This document shows positions 1 through 7,172 of a DNA stretch of 32,000 bases, piece by piece (positions within the stretch are counted from its first letter, which is position 1; each line of letters opens with the position of its first letter). This stretch comes from Kineococcus radiotolerans SRS30216 = ATCC BAA-149 (GTDB lineage: Bacteria; Actinomycetota; Actinomycetes; Actinomycetales; Kineococcaceae), in NCBI RefSeq assembly GCF_000017305.1, contig NC_009664.2, positions 3,720,001 to 3,752,000 on the forward strand, read 5' to 3'. A model generated the notes under the pieces. It did not search any database. It saw only the letters and a program-made list of their open reading frames with translations, and was not told where the DNA came from. Position numbers and translations under genes: made by a program.

Positions 1-342
1 GCGGGCAGCGGCCTGGTCATCTCCCCGAACCAGACCCTCGCCCTGGCCGACGTGCCGCGCGCGGTGGCCGGGGTCGCCGGCGGCGTGCTGCAGACCGGGC
101 AGCGCGTCGGGTCGGCGATGGGGGTGGCGGCGACGACCGCGATCTTCTTCTCCACCCTCGCCGCGCAGGGGTCCAGCGAGTCCGTCTTCGGCGAGGCGCT
201 CTCCGACGGCCTGCGCGTCTCGCTGGGGCTGGTGCTGCTCGCCCTCGTCCTGGCCGTCGTCGACCTGCGCCGACGCGCCGGCCACCGCCCTGCCCGCGAC
301 GGCGCCCCCGACGGTGGGGCGGCGGGGCACCGCGTCGACTAG
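1..342 (+). CDS. MFS-type transporter, C-terminal fragment (5' end lies outside the window)
   Basis: Frame 1 is open from base 1 (AGSGLVISPNQTLALADVPRAVAGVAGGVLQTGQRVGSAMGVAATTAIFF...). This includes the PxNxxL...GxxQxxRxxGxxxG pattern and hydrophobic helices typical of the last TM segments of EmrB/QacA-like MFS proteins. Stop TAG at 340-342. Confidence 0.65.
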   Translation, partial: AGSGLVISPNQTLALADVPRAVAGVAGGVLQTGQRVGSAMGVAATTAIFFSTLAAQGSSESVFGEALSDGLRVSLGLVLLALVLAVVDLRRRAGHRPARDGAPDGGAAGHRVD

Positions 343-345
343 GTT
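340..345 (+). promoter_or_regulatory. Candidate -10 hexamer TAGGTT, 6 nt upstream of GTG 352 (leaderless-type arrangement); includes the MFS stop codon
   Basis: TAGGTT-cgccgg-GTG read directly. This matches the actinobacterial TANNNT -10 consensus at the spacing expected for a leaderless start. Confidence 0.3.
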
Positions 346-351
346 CGCCGG

Positions 352-561
352 GTGAGACCGACGCAGTGGACCTGGAAGTACGAGGACGCCGACGGGCGCG
401 CCCTCGCCGGCGACAACGCCGTGTTCCCCACGCAGTCCGACGCCGAGACGTGGATCGGCGAGGCCTGGCGGGGGCTGCGCGAGCGCGGCGTGGAGAACGC
501 CCACCTGTGGGCCGACGGCGCCCGGGTCTACGGCCCGCTGTCGCTGCGCCCCGCGGACTGA
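352..561 (+). CDS. Small hypothetical protein (69 aa), function unknown
   Basis: GTG-start ORF with GC3-rich codon usage and normal, non-repetitive amino-acid composition (MRPTQWTWKYEDADGRALAGDNAVFPTQSDAETWIGEAWRGLRERGVENAHLWADGARVYGPLSL). It is followed by a strong hairpin. No family recognised. Confidence 0.5.
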   Translation: MRPTQWTWKYEDADGRALAGDNAVFPTQSDAETWIGEAWRGLRERGVENAHLWADGARVYGPLSLRPAD

Positions 562-573
562 GGCGCACCGTCA

Positions 574-606
574 CCCCCTCGACGTCGGTCGCCGACGTCG
601 AGGGGG
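574..606. terminator. Perfect 15-bp stem / 3-nt loop hairpin between convergent genes (possible bidirectional intrinsic terminator)
   Basis: CCCCCTCGACGTCGG-tcg-CCGACGTCGAGGGGG read directly. It sits 12 nt after the stop of the 69-aa ORF and downstream of the aldo/keto reductase gene on the other strand. There is no clear U-tract, which is common in high-GC actinobacteria. Confidence 0.55.
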
Positions 607-779
607 CGGCGCCGCGGGCCTAGCTCGGGCGCTCGGTCGGCGCGCTGGCCGCGGTGCGGGCCGGGTCGCGCTCCACGACGTCCCCGAGGGCGGCGCCGCG
701 GGCCTAGCTCGGGCGCTCGGTCGGCGCGCTGGCCGCGGTGCGGGCCGGGTCGCGCTCCACGACGTCCCCGAGGGCGGCG
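604..779. repeat. Perfect tandem duplication, period 84 bp, about 2.1 copies
   Basis: Bases 607-690 are identical to 691-774, and identity continues through 775-779. Each unit contains the last 23 sense codons, the stop codon and the first 13 nt of 3' UTR of the minus-strand aldo/keto reductase gene. Confidence 0.95.
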
Positions 780-1714
780 TCGACCCGCTGCATCAGCTCC
801 GCGGGGATCCTCACCCCGGACGCCTTGACGTTCTCGTGCACCTGCTCGGGCCGCGAGGCGCCGATGATGGCGGCGGCCACGTTGTCGTTCTGCAGGACCC
901 AGGCCACCGCGAGCTGCGCCATCGACAGCTGCAGCTCGCTCGCGACCGACTTCAGCTGCTGGACCCGCGACAGGACGTCGTCGCGCATCCAGCGGCTGAT
1001 CATCTGCTTGCCGCCCTTCTCGTCCGTGGCGCGGCTGCCCTCCGGCGGCGCGCCGCCGGGGGTGTACTTGCCGGTCAGCACGCCCTGGGCGATGGGGGAG
1101 AAGACGACCTGCGAGATGCCGAGCTCGCGCGAGGCCGGGACGACCTCCGGCTCGATGACCCGGTAGAGGGCGGAGTACTGCGGTTGGTTCGAGATGAGCT
1201 GGAAGCCCAGGTCCTTCGCCAGCGCGTGGCCCTGGCGGAGCTGGTCGGCGGTCCACTCGCTGACGCCGATGTAGAGGGCCTTGCCCGCGCGGACCACGTC
1301 GGCGAAGGCCTGCATGGTCTCCTCGACCGGCGTCGAGACGTCCCAGCGGTGGGCCTGGTAGACGTCGACGTGGTCGGTGCCCAGCCGCTTCAGCGAACCG
1401 TCGATGGACTCCAGGACGTGCTTGCGGGACAGCCCCGAGTCGTTGTGGCCCTTGGGACCGGTCGGGAAGTAGACCTTGGTGAGGATCTCCAGGCTCTCCC
1501 GGCGCTGCCCCTTGAGCGCCGTGCCCAGGACCGTCTCCGCCGCGGTGTTCGCGTAGACGTCGGCGGTGTCGAACGTCGTGATGCCGACGTCGAGCGCGGC
1601 GTGCACGCACGCGACCGCGGCGTCGTTCTCCACCTGGGAGCCGTGGGTGAGCCAGTTGCCGTAGGTGATCTCAGAGATCTTCAGACCGCTGCGGCCGAGG
1701 TGTCGGAACTCCAT
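704..1714 (-). CDS. Aldo/keto reductase family oxidoreductase (Kv-beta/YghZ-like)
   Basis: 336 aa: MEFRHLGRSGLKISEITYGNWLTHG...FDTADVYANTAAETVLG...LEILTKV...VDVYQAHRWD...YIGVSEW...QPQYSAL...SPIAQGVLTGKY. These are canonical AKR motifs, including the D-Y-K-H catalytic context. Confidence 0.92.
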   Translation of the reverse strand: MEFRHLGRSGLKISEITYGNWLTHGSQVENDAAVACVHAALDVGITTFDTADVYANTAAETVLGTALKGQRRESLEILTKVYFPTGPKGHNDSGLSRKHVLESIDGSLKRLGTDHVDVYQAHRWDVSTPVEETMQAFADVVRAGKALYIGVSEWTADQLRQGHALAKDLGFQLISNQPQYSALYRVIEPEVVPASRELGISQVVFSPIAQGVLTGKYTPGGAPPEGSRATDEKGGKQMISRWMRDDVLSRVQQLKSVASELQLSMAQLAVAWVLQNDNVAAAIIGASRPEQVHENVKASGVRIPAELMQRVDAALGDVVERDPARTAASAPTERPS

Positions 1715-1721
1715 GGCCGGA

Positions 1722-1727
1722 AACCTA
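1722..1727 (-). promoter_or_regulatory. Candidate -10 hexamer TAGGTT, 7 nt upstream of the AKR ATG (leaderless-type)
   Basis: The minus-sense sequence reads TAGGTT-tccggcc-ATG. No Shine-Dalgarno sequence is present in the 25-nt gap to the upstream gene. Confidence 0.45.
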
Positions 1728-1739
1728 GCCCGTCGCCGA

Positions 1740-2636
1740 TCAGACGGCGAGCGCCTCCGGGGCGAGCCGGTCCACGCGCGTGGTGCGGGCCGCCAGCAGG
1801 ACGCGGGTCGCGCCGGCCGCGGTCAGCGCCGCGCCGAGCAGGTGCAGGACCACGGCGAGCCCCGGGAGGCCGTCGAGGCTCTGGTAGACCCCCAGCGCGG
1901 CCTGCGCGACGAAGAGCGCGAGCAGGATCGTCGCGCGCCGCTGGACCAGGCCGTCGCCGGCGCGGCGGGCCACGACGACGACGACCGCCGCGAGGACCAG
2001 CGCGAGGACGGCCGCCGCGCCGTGCACGACGGTGACCACCGCCCAGTCGACGGGGATGCGGTGGATCTCCGCGCTGTCCCCGGGGTGCGGCCCGGAGCCC
2101 GTCACGACGGTGCCGACCACGACGACGACGCCGGTGACGACCACGAGCCAGCGGGCCAGCCGCCGGGTCGCGGCCGCCGGGGCCGGGACGACCGCGCGGT
2201 GGGCGATGTCGTAGCTGACGGTGGCCGAGACGAGCAGGGCGACCGCGGCGACGAAGTGCGCGGCCACCACGTACGGGTTGAGGCCGGTGAGCACCGTGAT
2301 GCCGCCGACGACGGCGTTGAGCAGGACCCCGAGGAACTGGCCCCAGGCCGACCAGAGCAGCGTGCGGTGGCGCGGCCGCTGCCGCAGGCAGGCGACGATC
2401 ACCGCGCCGACGGCGAGGACGATGACCATCGTCAGCAGCCGGTTGCCGAACTCGATGGCGCCGTGCACCCCCGTCGAGACCGTCGCGGAGGTGAAGGAGT
2501 CGTCGGTGCAGCGGGGCCAGGTGGGGCAGCCCAGGCCGGAACCGGTGACCCGGACGACGCCGCCGGTCACGATGATGAGGACGGTGACGGCCAGGGCGAT
2601 CGTCGTCGTCCAGCGGACGGCGCGGGAGTGGGTCAC
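1740..2636 (-). CDS. ctaA: Heme A synthase (COX15/CtaA family)
   Basis: 298 aa polytopic membrane protein. The N-terminal signature GGVVRVTGSGLGCPTWPRC is typical of CtaA/COX15. Conserved His residues lie in TM helices (HGAIEF, AAHF, HPGD...HR, VHGAAA, LHLLGA). Confidence 0.85.
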   Translation of the reverse strand: MTHSRAVRWTTTIALAVTVLIIVTGGVVRVTGSGLGCPTWPRCTDDSFTSATVSTGVHGAIEFGNRLLTMVIVLAVGAVIVACLRQRPRHRTLLWSAWGQFLGVLLNAVVGGITVLTGLNPYVVAAHFVAAVALLVSATVSYDIAHRAVVPAPAAATRRLARWLVVVTGVVVVVGTVVTGSGPHPGDSAEIHRIPVDWAVVTVVHGAAAVLALVLAAVVVVVARRAGDGLVQRRATILLALFVAQAALGVYQSLDGLPGLAVVLHLLGAALTAAGATRVLLAARTTRVDRLAPEALAV

Positions 2637-2649
2637 GGCGGCGGTCCGG

Positions 2650-3327
2650 TCAGCGCGGCTGCTCGCCGCGGCCCACCATCGGGACCGGGCGGCGCATCCG
2701 GCGGATCTGCAGCGCCCGGGTCACCCCGTAGGAGGTCAGGCCGCGCTCGGGCTCGGGGAACCTCTCCTTGACCGCGCGGGACACCTTGCGGCCCAGCAGC
2801 ACGCTGTCGACGACGACGACGGCGAGGACCATGTAGATGAGCAGCGTCGTGCCGAGCAGGAGCTCGGCGGAGCCCAGCGGCGTCGCGACCATCGACAGGA
2901 TCAGCGAGGCGCCGGCGATGATGAGGAAGTACTCGCCCACGTTGCGCCGGGCGTCGACGACGTCGCGCACGAAGCGCTTCTGCGGGCCGCGGTCGCGCAC
3001 GGGCAGGTAGCGCTCGTCACCGGTCAGCAGCGCGGACTGCACCTTGGCGCGCTCCTCGCGCTGGGCCTCGCGGCTCAGCCGCTGCGCGGCCTTGCGGTCG
3101 GCGGGCACGAGGGGACGGGCGTTGCGGGCCTGGGCCTCGCTGCGCTTGGGCGTGGGGCGGCCCTTGCCGCCCTCCTTGGTCAGCTCGACCTTTGCCGGCG
3201 CGACCTCGGCGGGCCCGGCGCCCGGCCGCTCGACCTTGGTCAGCCGGGTGGCCTTGGTCAGCCGCGTGGCCGACCGCGCCTCGACCCGGGTCGAGCCGGC
3301 TGACTTCTCCTTCGAGCGTCCGAACAC
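2650..3327 (-). CDS. DUF3043-family membrane protein (Rv2206-like)
   Basis: 225 aa, GTG start. A basic N-terminal half (KGRPTPKRSEAQARNARPLVP..RKAA) is followed by YLPVRDRGPQKRFVRDVVDARRNVGEYFL and two TM helices, the pattern I associate with DUF3043. It ends 13 nt upstream of the ctaA start. Confidence 0.75.
   Translation of the reverse strand: MFGRSKEKSAGSTRVEARSATRLTKATRLTKVERPGAGPAEVAPAKVELTKEGGKGRPTPKRSEAQARNARPLVPADRKAAQRLSREAQREERAKVQSALLTGDERYLPVRDRGPQKRFVRDVVDARRNVGEYFLIIAGASLILSMVATPLGSAELLLGTTLLIYMVLAVVVVDSVLLGRKVSRAVKERFPEPERGLTSYGVTRALQIRRMRRPVPMVGRGEQPR
3234..3269. repeat. 18-bp in-frame tandem repeat x2 inside the DUF3043 gene
   Basis: CCTTGGTCAGCCGGGTGG / CCTTGGTCAGCCGCGTGG (1 mismatch), encoding TRLTKA-TRLTKV on the minus strand. 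Confidence 0.8.
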
Positions 3328-3334
3328 GAGAGGA

Positions 3335-3340
3335 AGGGTA
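3335..3340 (-). promoter_or_regulatory. Candidate -10 hexamer TACCCT, 7 nt upstream of the DUF3043 GTG (leaderless-type)
   Basis: The minus-sense sequence reads TACCCT-tcctctc-GTG. Confidence 0.45.
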
Positions 3341-3399
3341 CGTCACCGCGCCCTCCCCCCGGCCCTCCCCGCACCCCCTCCGGCGCCCGGCGGGGTGTG

Positions 3400-3405
3400 T
3401 ACGGT
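3400..3405 (+). promoter_or_regulatory. Candidate -10 hexamer TACGGT, 7 nt upstream of the M20 peptidase GTG (leaderless-type)
   Basis: TACGGT-cgcggtc-GTG(3413). It lies back-to-back with the divergent DUF3043 promoter candidate. Confidence 0.45.
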
Positions 3406-3412
3406 CGCGGTC

Positions 3413-4813
3413 GTGACGGACCTCACGCTGCCGACCCCCGGACCCGACCGCACCGCCGCCCTGCGGGCCGCCTCCGCCGCCCAGGACGGCGCCACCCGGG
3501 CCGACCTGGAGGCCCTGGTGCGCATCCCCAGCGTCTCCGCGCGCGCCTTCGACCAGGAGCACGTGGCCACGAGCGCGCGGGCCGTCGCCGAGCTGCTGCG
3601 CGGGGCGGGCCTGCCCCGGGTGGACGTCGTGACCGCGCGCGAGGGCGACCTGGAGAGCAACCCCGCGGTCATCGGCCACCGCCCCGCCCCCGCGGGCGCG
3701 CCGACGGTCCTGCTCTACGCCCACCACGACGTCCAGCCGCCGGGGGAGGGGGCGGACTGGTCCAGCCCCGCCTTCGAGCCGACCGAGCGCGACGGGCGCC
3801 TCTACGGGCGCGGGGCCGCCGACGACAAGGCCGGCGTGATGGCGCACGTGCACGCCCTGCGGACCCTGCTGCCGCTGTGGGGCCCGGAGGACGGCGTGGG
3901 GGTGACCGTCTTCGTCGAGGGCGAGGAGGAGATCGGCTCCCCGACCTTCGGCGCCTTCCTCGCCGCGCACCGCGAGGCCCTCGCCGCCGACGTCATCGTG
4001 GTCGCCGACTCCGGCAACTGGCGGATCGGGGTGCCGGCGATCACCACCACCCTGCGCGGGCTGGTCGACTGCGACGTCACCGTCGAGGTCCTGTCGCACG
4101 CGGTGCACTCGGGGGTCAACGGCGGTCCCGTCCTGGACGCCCTCACCTGCCTGGCCCGGTTGATCGCGACCCTGCACGACGAGGACGGCGACGTGGCGGT
4201 CGACGGGCTGCACAGCTCCGCGGCCCCGCTCGTCGACCTCACCGAGGAGATGTACCGCTCCGACGCCGGGCTGCTGCCCGGGGTGCGCCTCGCGGGGACC
4301 GGGACGATCGCGGACCGGCTGTGGACGAAGCCGGCGATCTCCGTCATCGGCCTGGACGCCACCCCCGTCGACCGCGCGAGCAACACGCTGATCCCCTCGG
4401 CCCGGGCCAAGGTCAGCATGCGCACCGCTCCCGGCCAGGACCCGGCGGCGGCGATGACGGCGCTGCGCCGCCACCTCGTGGCCAACGCGCCCCTCGGGGC
4501 CCGCGTCACCGTCCACGACGGCGACGAGGGGCAGGCGTTCTCCGCCGACACCACCTCCCGCGCCCACGACGTGGCGCGCGCGGCCTTCGCCGAGGCCTAC
4601 GGCGCCCCGACCGTCGAGATGGGCATGGGCGGCTCGATCCCCTTCGTGGCCGACCTCGCCGCGGTCTACCCGGACGCGGCCATCCTGGTGACGGGCGTGG
4701 AGGACCCCGACTCGCGCGCCCACGGGGCCGACGAGTCCCTGCACCTGGGCGACTTCGCCCACGCCTGCCTGGGCGAGGTCCTCCTCCTGGACGGGCTCGC
4801 GGCCGGTCGCTGA
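3413..4813 (+). CDS. M20/M25/M40 family metallopeptidase (dipeptidase-like)
   Basis: 466 aa from GTG 3413: LVRIPSVS...LLYAHHDVQPPG...W.SPAFEPTERDGRLYGRGAADDKAG...EGEEEIGS...GGSIPF...EDPDSRAHGADESL. These are M20 metal-ligand and catalytic motifs. The track ORF from 3044 would overlap the divergent DUF3043 gene, so the internal GTG is preferred (GTG 3395 is an alternative). Confidence 0.85.
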   Translation: MTDLTLPTPGPDRTAALRAASAAQDGATRADLEALVRIPSVSARAFDQEHVATSARAVAELLRGAGLPRVDVVTAREGDLESNPAVIGHRPAPAGAPTVLLYAHHDVQPPGEGADWSSPAFEPTERDGRLYGRGAADDKAGVMAHVHALRTLLPLWGPEDGVGVTVFVEGEEEIGSPTFGAFLAAHREALAADVIVVADSGNWRIGVPAITTTLRGLVDCDVTVEVLSHAVHSGVNGGPVLDALTCLARLIATLHDEDGDVAVDGLHSSAAPLVDLTEEMYRSDAGLLPGVRLAGTGTIADRLWTKPAISVIGLDATPVDRASNTLIPSARAKVSMRTAPGQDPAAAMTALRRHLVANAPLGARVTVHDGDEGQAFSADTTSRAHDVARAAFAEAYGAPTVEMGMGGSIPFVADLAAVYPDAAILVTGVEDPDSRAHGADESLHLGDFAHACLGEVLLLDGLAAGR

Positions 4814-4910
4814 CGCGACGTACCGTGGGAGCGGGAACATCCCCGCCCACCGCGCCGTTCCGGTTGGCGAGGACCGCGCCTGCAAGGCCCCGCGAGCGAA
4901 CCTGGAGACG

Positions 4911-5285
4911 ATGCTCATGACCACGACCAGCGACACGACCACCGAGCCGGCGGCCGCGACCCACGGGGTGCTGCTCACCGACGTGGCCGCGACGAAGGTC
5001 CGCACGCTGCTCGAGCAGGAGGGTCGCGACGACCTCCGCCTGCGGATCGCGGTGCAGCCCGGCGGCTGCTCCGGCCTCATCTACCAGCTCTACTTCGACG
5101 AGCGCACGCTCGACGGGGACGCGCTGCGCGACTTCGACGGCGTCGAGGTCGTTGTGGACAAGATGAGCACCCCCTACCTCGACGGGGCGACGATCGACTT
5201 CGCCGACACCATCGAGAAGCAGGGCTTCACCATCGACAACCCGAACGCCGGGAGCAGCTGCGCCTGCGGTGACTCCTTCAGCTGA
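4911..5285 (+). CDS. HesB/IscA/ErpA-family iron-sulfur cluster insertion protein
   Basis: 124 aa: LRIAVQPGGCSGLIYQLYFDE...GFTIDNPNAGSSCACGDSFS, the three conserved Cys of A-type carriers. GGAG lies 5 nt upstream of the ATG. Confidence 0.9.
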   Translation: MLMTTTSDTTTEPAAATHGVLLTDVAATKVRTLLEQEGRDDLRLRIAVQPGGCSGLIYQLYFDERTLDGDALRDFDGVEVVVDKMSTPYLDGATIDFADTIEKQGFTIDNPNAGSSCACGDSFS

Positions 5286-5310
5286 ACCGCAGCGCCCCGC
5301 GCCGCGCGAA

Positions 5311-5342
5311 CCGGCCCCCGCACCTCCCGGTGCGGGGGCCGG
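5311..5342 (+). terminator. Perfect 14-bp stem / 4-nt loop hairpin after the hesB-like gene
   Basis: CCGGCCCCCGCACC-tccc-GGTGCGGGGGCCGG read directly, 25 nt after the stop codon. There is no U-tract, so its function as a terminator is inferred. Confidence 0.45.
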
Positions 5343-5346
5343 TCCT

Positions 5347-6120
5347 GTGTGGGCGGCGCCGCTGCCCGGCCCCGGGCGGGGACGCCGCCGCCGCGACCCC
5401 GGGCCCGCCTCCTTCGCGTTCGCCGACCTCGTCGCGCCCGAGGACGACGACCTCGTGGCGGCCGGGGGCGACCTGGACCCGGCGACGCTGCTGGAGGCCT
5501 ACCGGTGCGGCCTCTTCCCCATGGGGCTGGGCGGCGGGGGGCGCGGACCGGTCGGCTGGTGGTCCCCGGACCCTCGGGGCGTCCTGGTACCCGAGGACGT
5601 CCACGTCTCCCGGTCGCTGCGCCGGGCGGTGCGCCGCTTCGAGGTCCGGGTGGACACCGCCTTCGACGAGGTCGTCGCCGGCTGCGCCGACCCCGCCCGC
5701 CCCGGCGCCTGGATCACGGCGGAGGTGGCGCGGGCCTACGCCCGGCTGCACCGGCTGGGCTGGGCGCACTCGGTGGAGGTGTGGTGCGGGGGGGAGCTGG
5801 CCGGGGGCCTGTACGGGCTGAGCATCGGGGGCCTCTTCGCCGCGGAGTCCAAGTTCCACCGCGTCACCGGCGCCTCCAAGGCGGCGGTGGTGGCCCTGGC
5901 GCAGCTCGTGACCGCCGACGGGGTCCGGGGCCGGCTGGTGGACGTGCAGTGGCGCACCGAGCACCTGGCGACCCTCGGCGTGCGGGAGGTCCCCAGAGCC
6001 GCGTACCTGAGGTCGTTGCGGGCCGCCCTGGCCCTGCCGGGGCCCCCGGTCTTCGAGCCCGCGACGTCCCCGTCCGGCGTGGCGCGCCCCGAACGGCGCA
6101 CCGACTACGACGGGGGGTAG
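5347..6120 (+). CDS. aat: Leucyl/phenylalanyl-tRNA--protein transferase
   Basis: GGDLDPATLLEAYRCGLFPM...WWSPDPRGVL...HVSRSLRR...AF..V...CA......WI......AY..LH..G.AHSVEVW..GELAGGLYG...GGLFAAESKFHR..GASKAA...L aligns in my memory with E. coli Aat. Start chosen at GTG 5347, just after the hairpin. The track start 5269 overlaps hesB and the hairpin. Confidence 0.8.
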   Translation: MWAAPLPGPGRGRRRRDPGPASFAFADLVAPEDDDLVAAGGDLDPATLLEAYRCGLFPMGLGGGGRGPVGWWSPDPRGVLVPEDVHVSRSLRRAVRRFEVRVDTAFDEVVAGCADPARPGAWITAEVARAYARLHRLGWAHSVEVWCGGELAGGLYGLSIGGLFAAESKFHRVTGASKAAVVALAQLVTADGVRGRLVDVQWRTEHLATLGVREVPRAAYLRSLRAALALPGPPVFEPATSPSGVARPERRTDYDGG

Positions 6121-6197
6121 TCTCTCCACCGAGAGGACGCTCCTGCCCAGTTCCAACGCACCGCGGGCACGGAACGTCCCCGATCACCGCACGAACC

Positions 6198-7172
6198 GTG
6201 GGAAGGCCGACGTTGGGCACGCGAGACTCGGGCGCGACACGTCGTCGCCGTCCCCCCAAGGCACTGCTGGCCGGCGCCCTCACCGGGGTCGCCACGATGG
6301 CGCTGACCGGCTGCGCGGGGGACTGGCCCGACGCGTCGGCGAGCAACTTCTTCCTGCCGGACGCGAGCATCGGCGCCACGAACCAGACCGAGCGCATCTC
6401 CGTGCTCTGGGACGGCTCGTGGATCGCGGCGCTCGTCGTCGGCGTCCTCGTCTGGGCCCTGACGATCTGGTGCGTGGTGGCCTACCGCCGCCGCAAGAGC
6501 GACCCCGAGCTGCCGGCGCAGGTCCGGTACAACATGCCGATCGAGATCCTCTACACGATCGTGCCCGTGATGATGGTCGGTGTCCTCTTCTACTACACGG
6601 CCCGCGACCAGCAGGCCATCACGGACACCTCCCAGACGCCGGACGTGACGATCGAGGTCGTCGGCAAGAAGTGGTCCTGGGACTTCAACTACCTGGACGA
6701 GAACGGCCAGCCGGGGGTCTACGACACCGGCCGCCAGGCCGACCTCACCGGCGTGCCGGCCCCGGAGCTAGAGCTCCCGACCCTCTACCTGCCGGTCGAC
6801 CAGAGGGTCCAGTTCGACCTCTACGCCCGCGACGTGAACCACTCGTTCTGGGTGCCCGCCTTCCTCATGAAGATGGACCTCATCGCCGGCAGCCCGAACC
6901 ACTTCCAGGTCACCCCCACCAAGGAGGGGACCTTCCTGGGCGAGTGCGCCGAGCTCTGCGGCGAGTACCACTCCGAGATGCTCTTCAACGTGAAGGTCGT
7001 CTCGCAGGCCGAGTACCAGCAGCACCTCGACGACCTCCAGGCCGCCGGCCAGACCGGCTCGCTGCCCACGACGCTCGCCGGGGCCGAGGAGATGGCCCAG
7101 GTGGAGGCCGACTCGGTCGGCGAGGCCCCCGAGAACGCAGAGGACGAGACCAGTGACGGGAACAACAGCTGA
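6198..7172 (+). CDS. ctaC: Cytochrome c oxidase (aa3) subunit II, lipoprotein
   Basis: RR-containing signal peptide with lipobox ([26 protein letters not shown]), two TM helices, and the CuA site HSFWVP...[12 protein letters not shown]. The start is GTG 6198 or TTG 6213 (GGAAGG lies 6 nt upstream of the TTG). The longer track ORF from 5349 runs through aat in another frame. Confidence 0.9.
   Translation: MGRPTLGTRDSGATRRRRPPKALLAGALTGVATMALTGCAGDWPDASASNFFLPDASIGATNQTERISVLWDGSWIAALVVGVLVWALTIWCVVAYRRRKSDPELPAQVRYNMPIEILYTIVPVMMVGVLFYYTARDQQAITDTSQTPDVTIEVVGKKWSWDFNYLDENGQPGVYDTGRQADLTGVPAPELELPTLYLPVDQRVQFDLYARDVNHSFWVPAFLMKMDLIAGSPNHFQVTPTKEGTFLGECAELCGEYHSEMLFNVKVVSQAEYQQHLDDLQAAGQTGSLPTTLAGAEEMAQVEADSVGEAPENAEDETSDGNNS

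Noticed and set aside
366-1610. Repeated peptide RPRGRRGARPGPHRGQRADRAPELGPRR seen twice in the 528-1610 minus ORF, and the 366-623 ORF
   Set aside because: The repeated peptide is just the 84-bp DNA duplication read in a non-coding frame. Both ORFs are Arg-rich shadow frames overlapping the AKR gene or the 69-aa ORF.
3017-5080. 687-aa minus-strand ORF antisense to the M20 peptidase and hesB genes, plus similar ORFs at 3397-4920 and 3802-4554
   Set aside because: They are shadow ORFs with extreme Arg/Gly/Pro bias and no motifs, and the opposite or alternative frame has strong M20 and HesB signatures.
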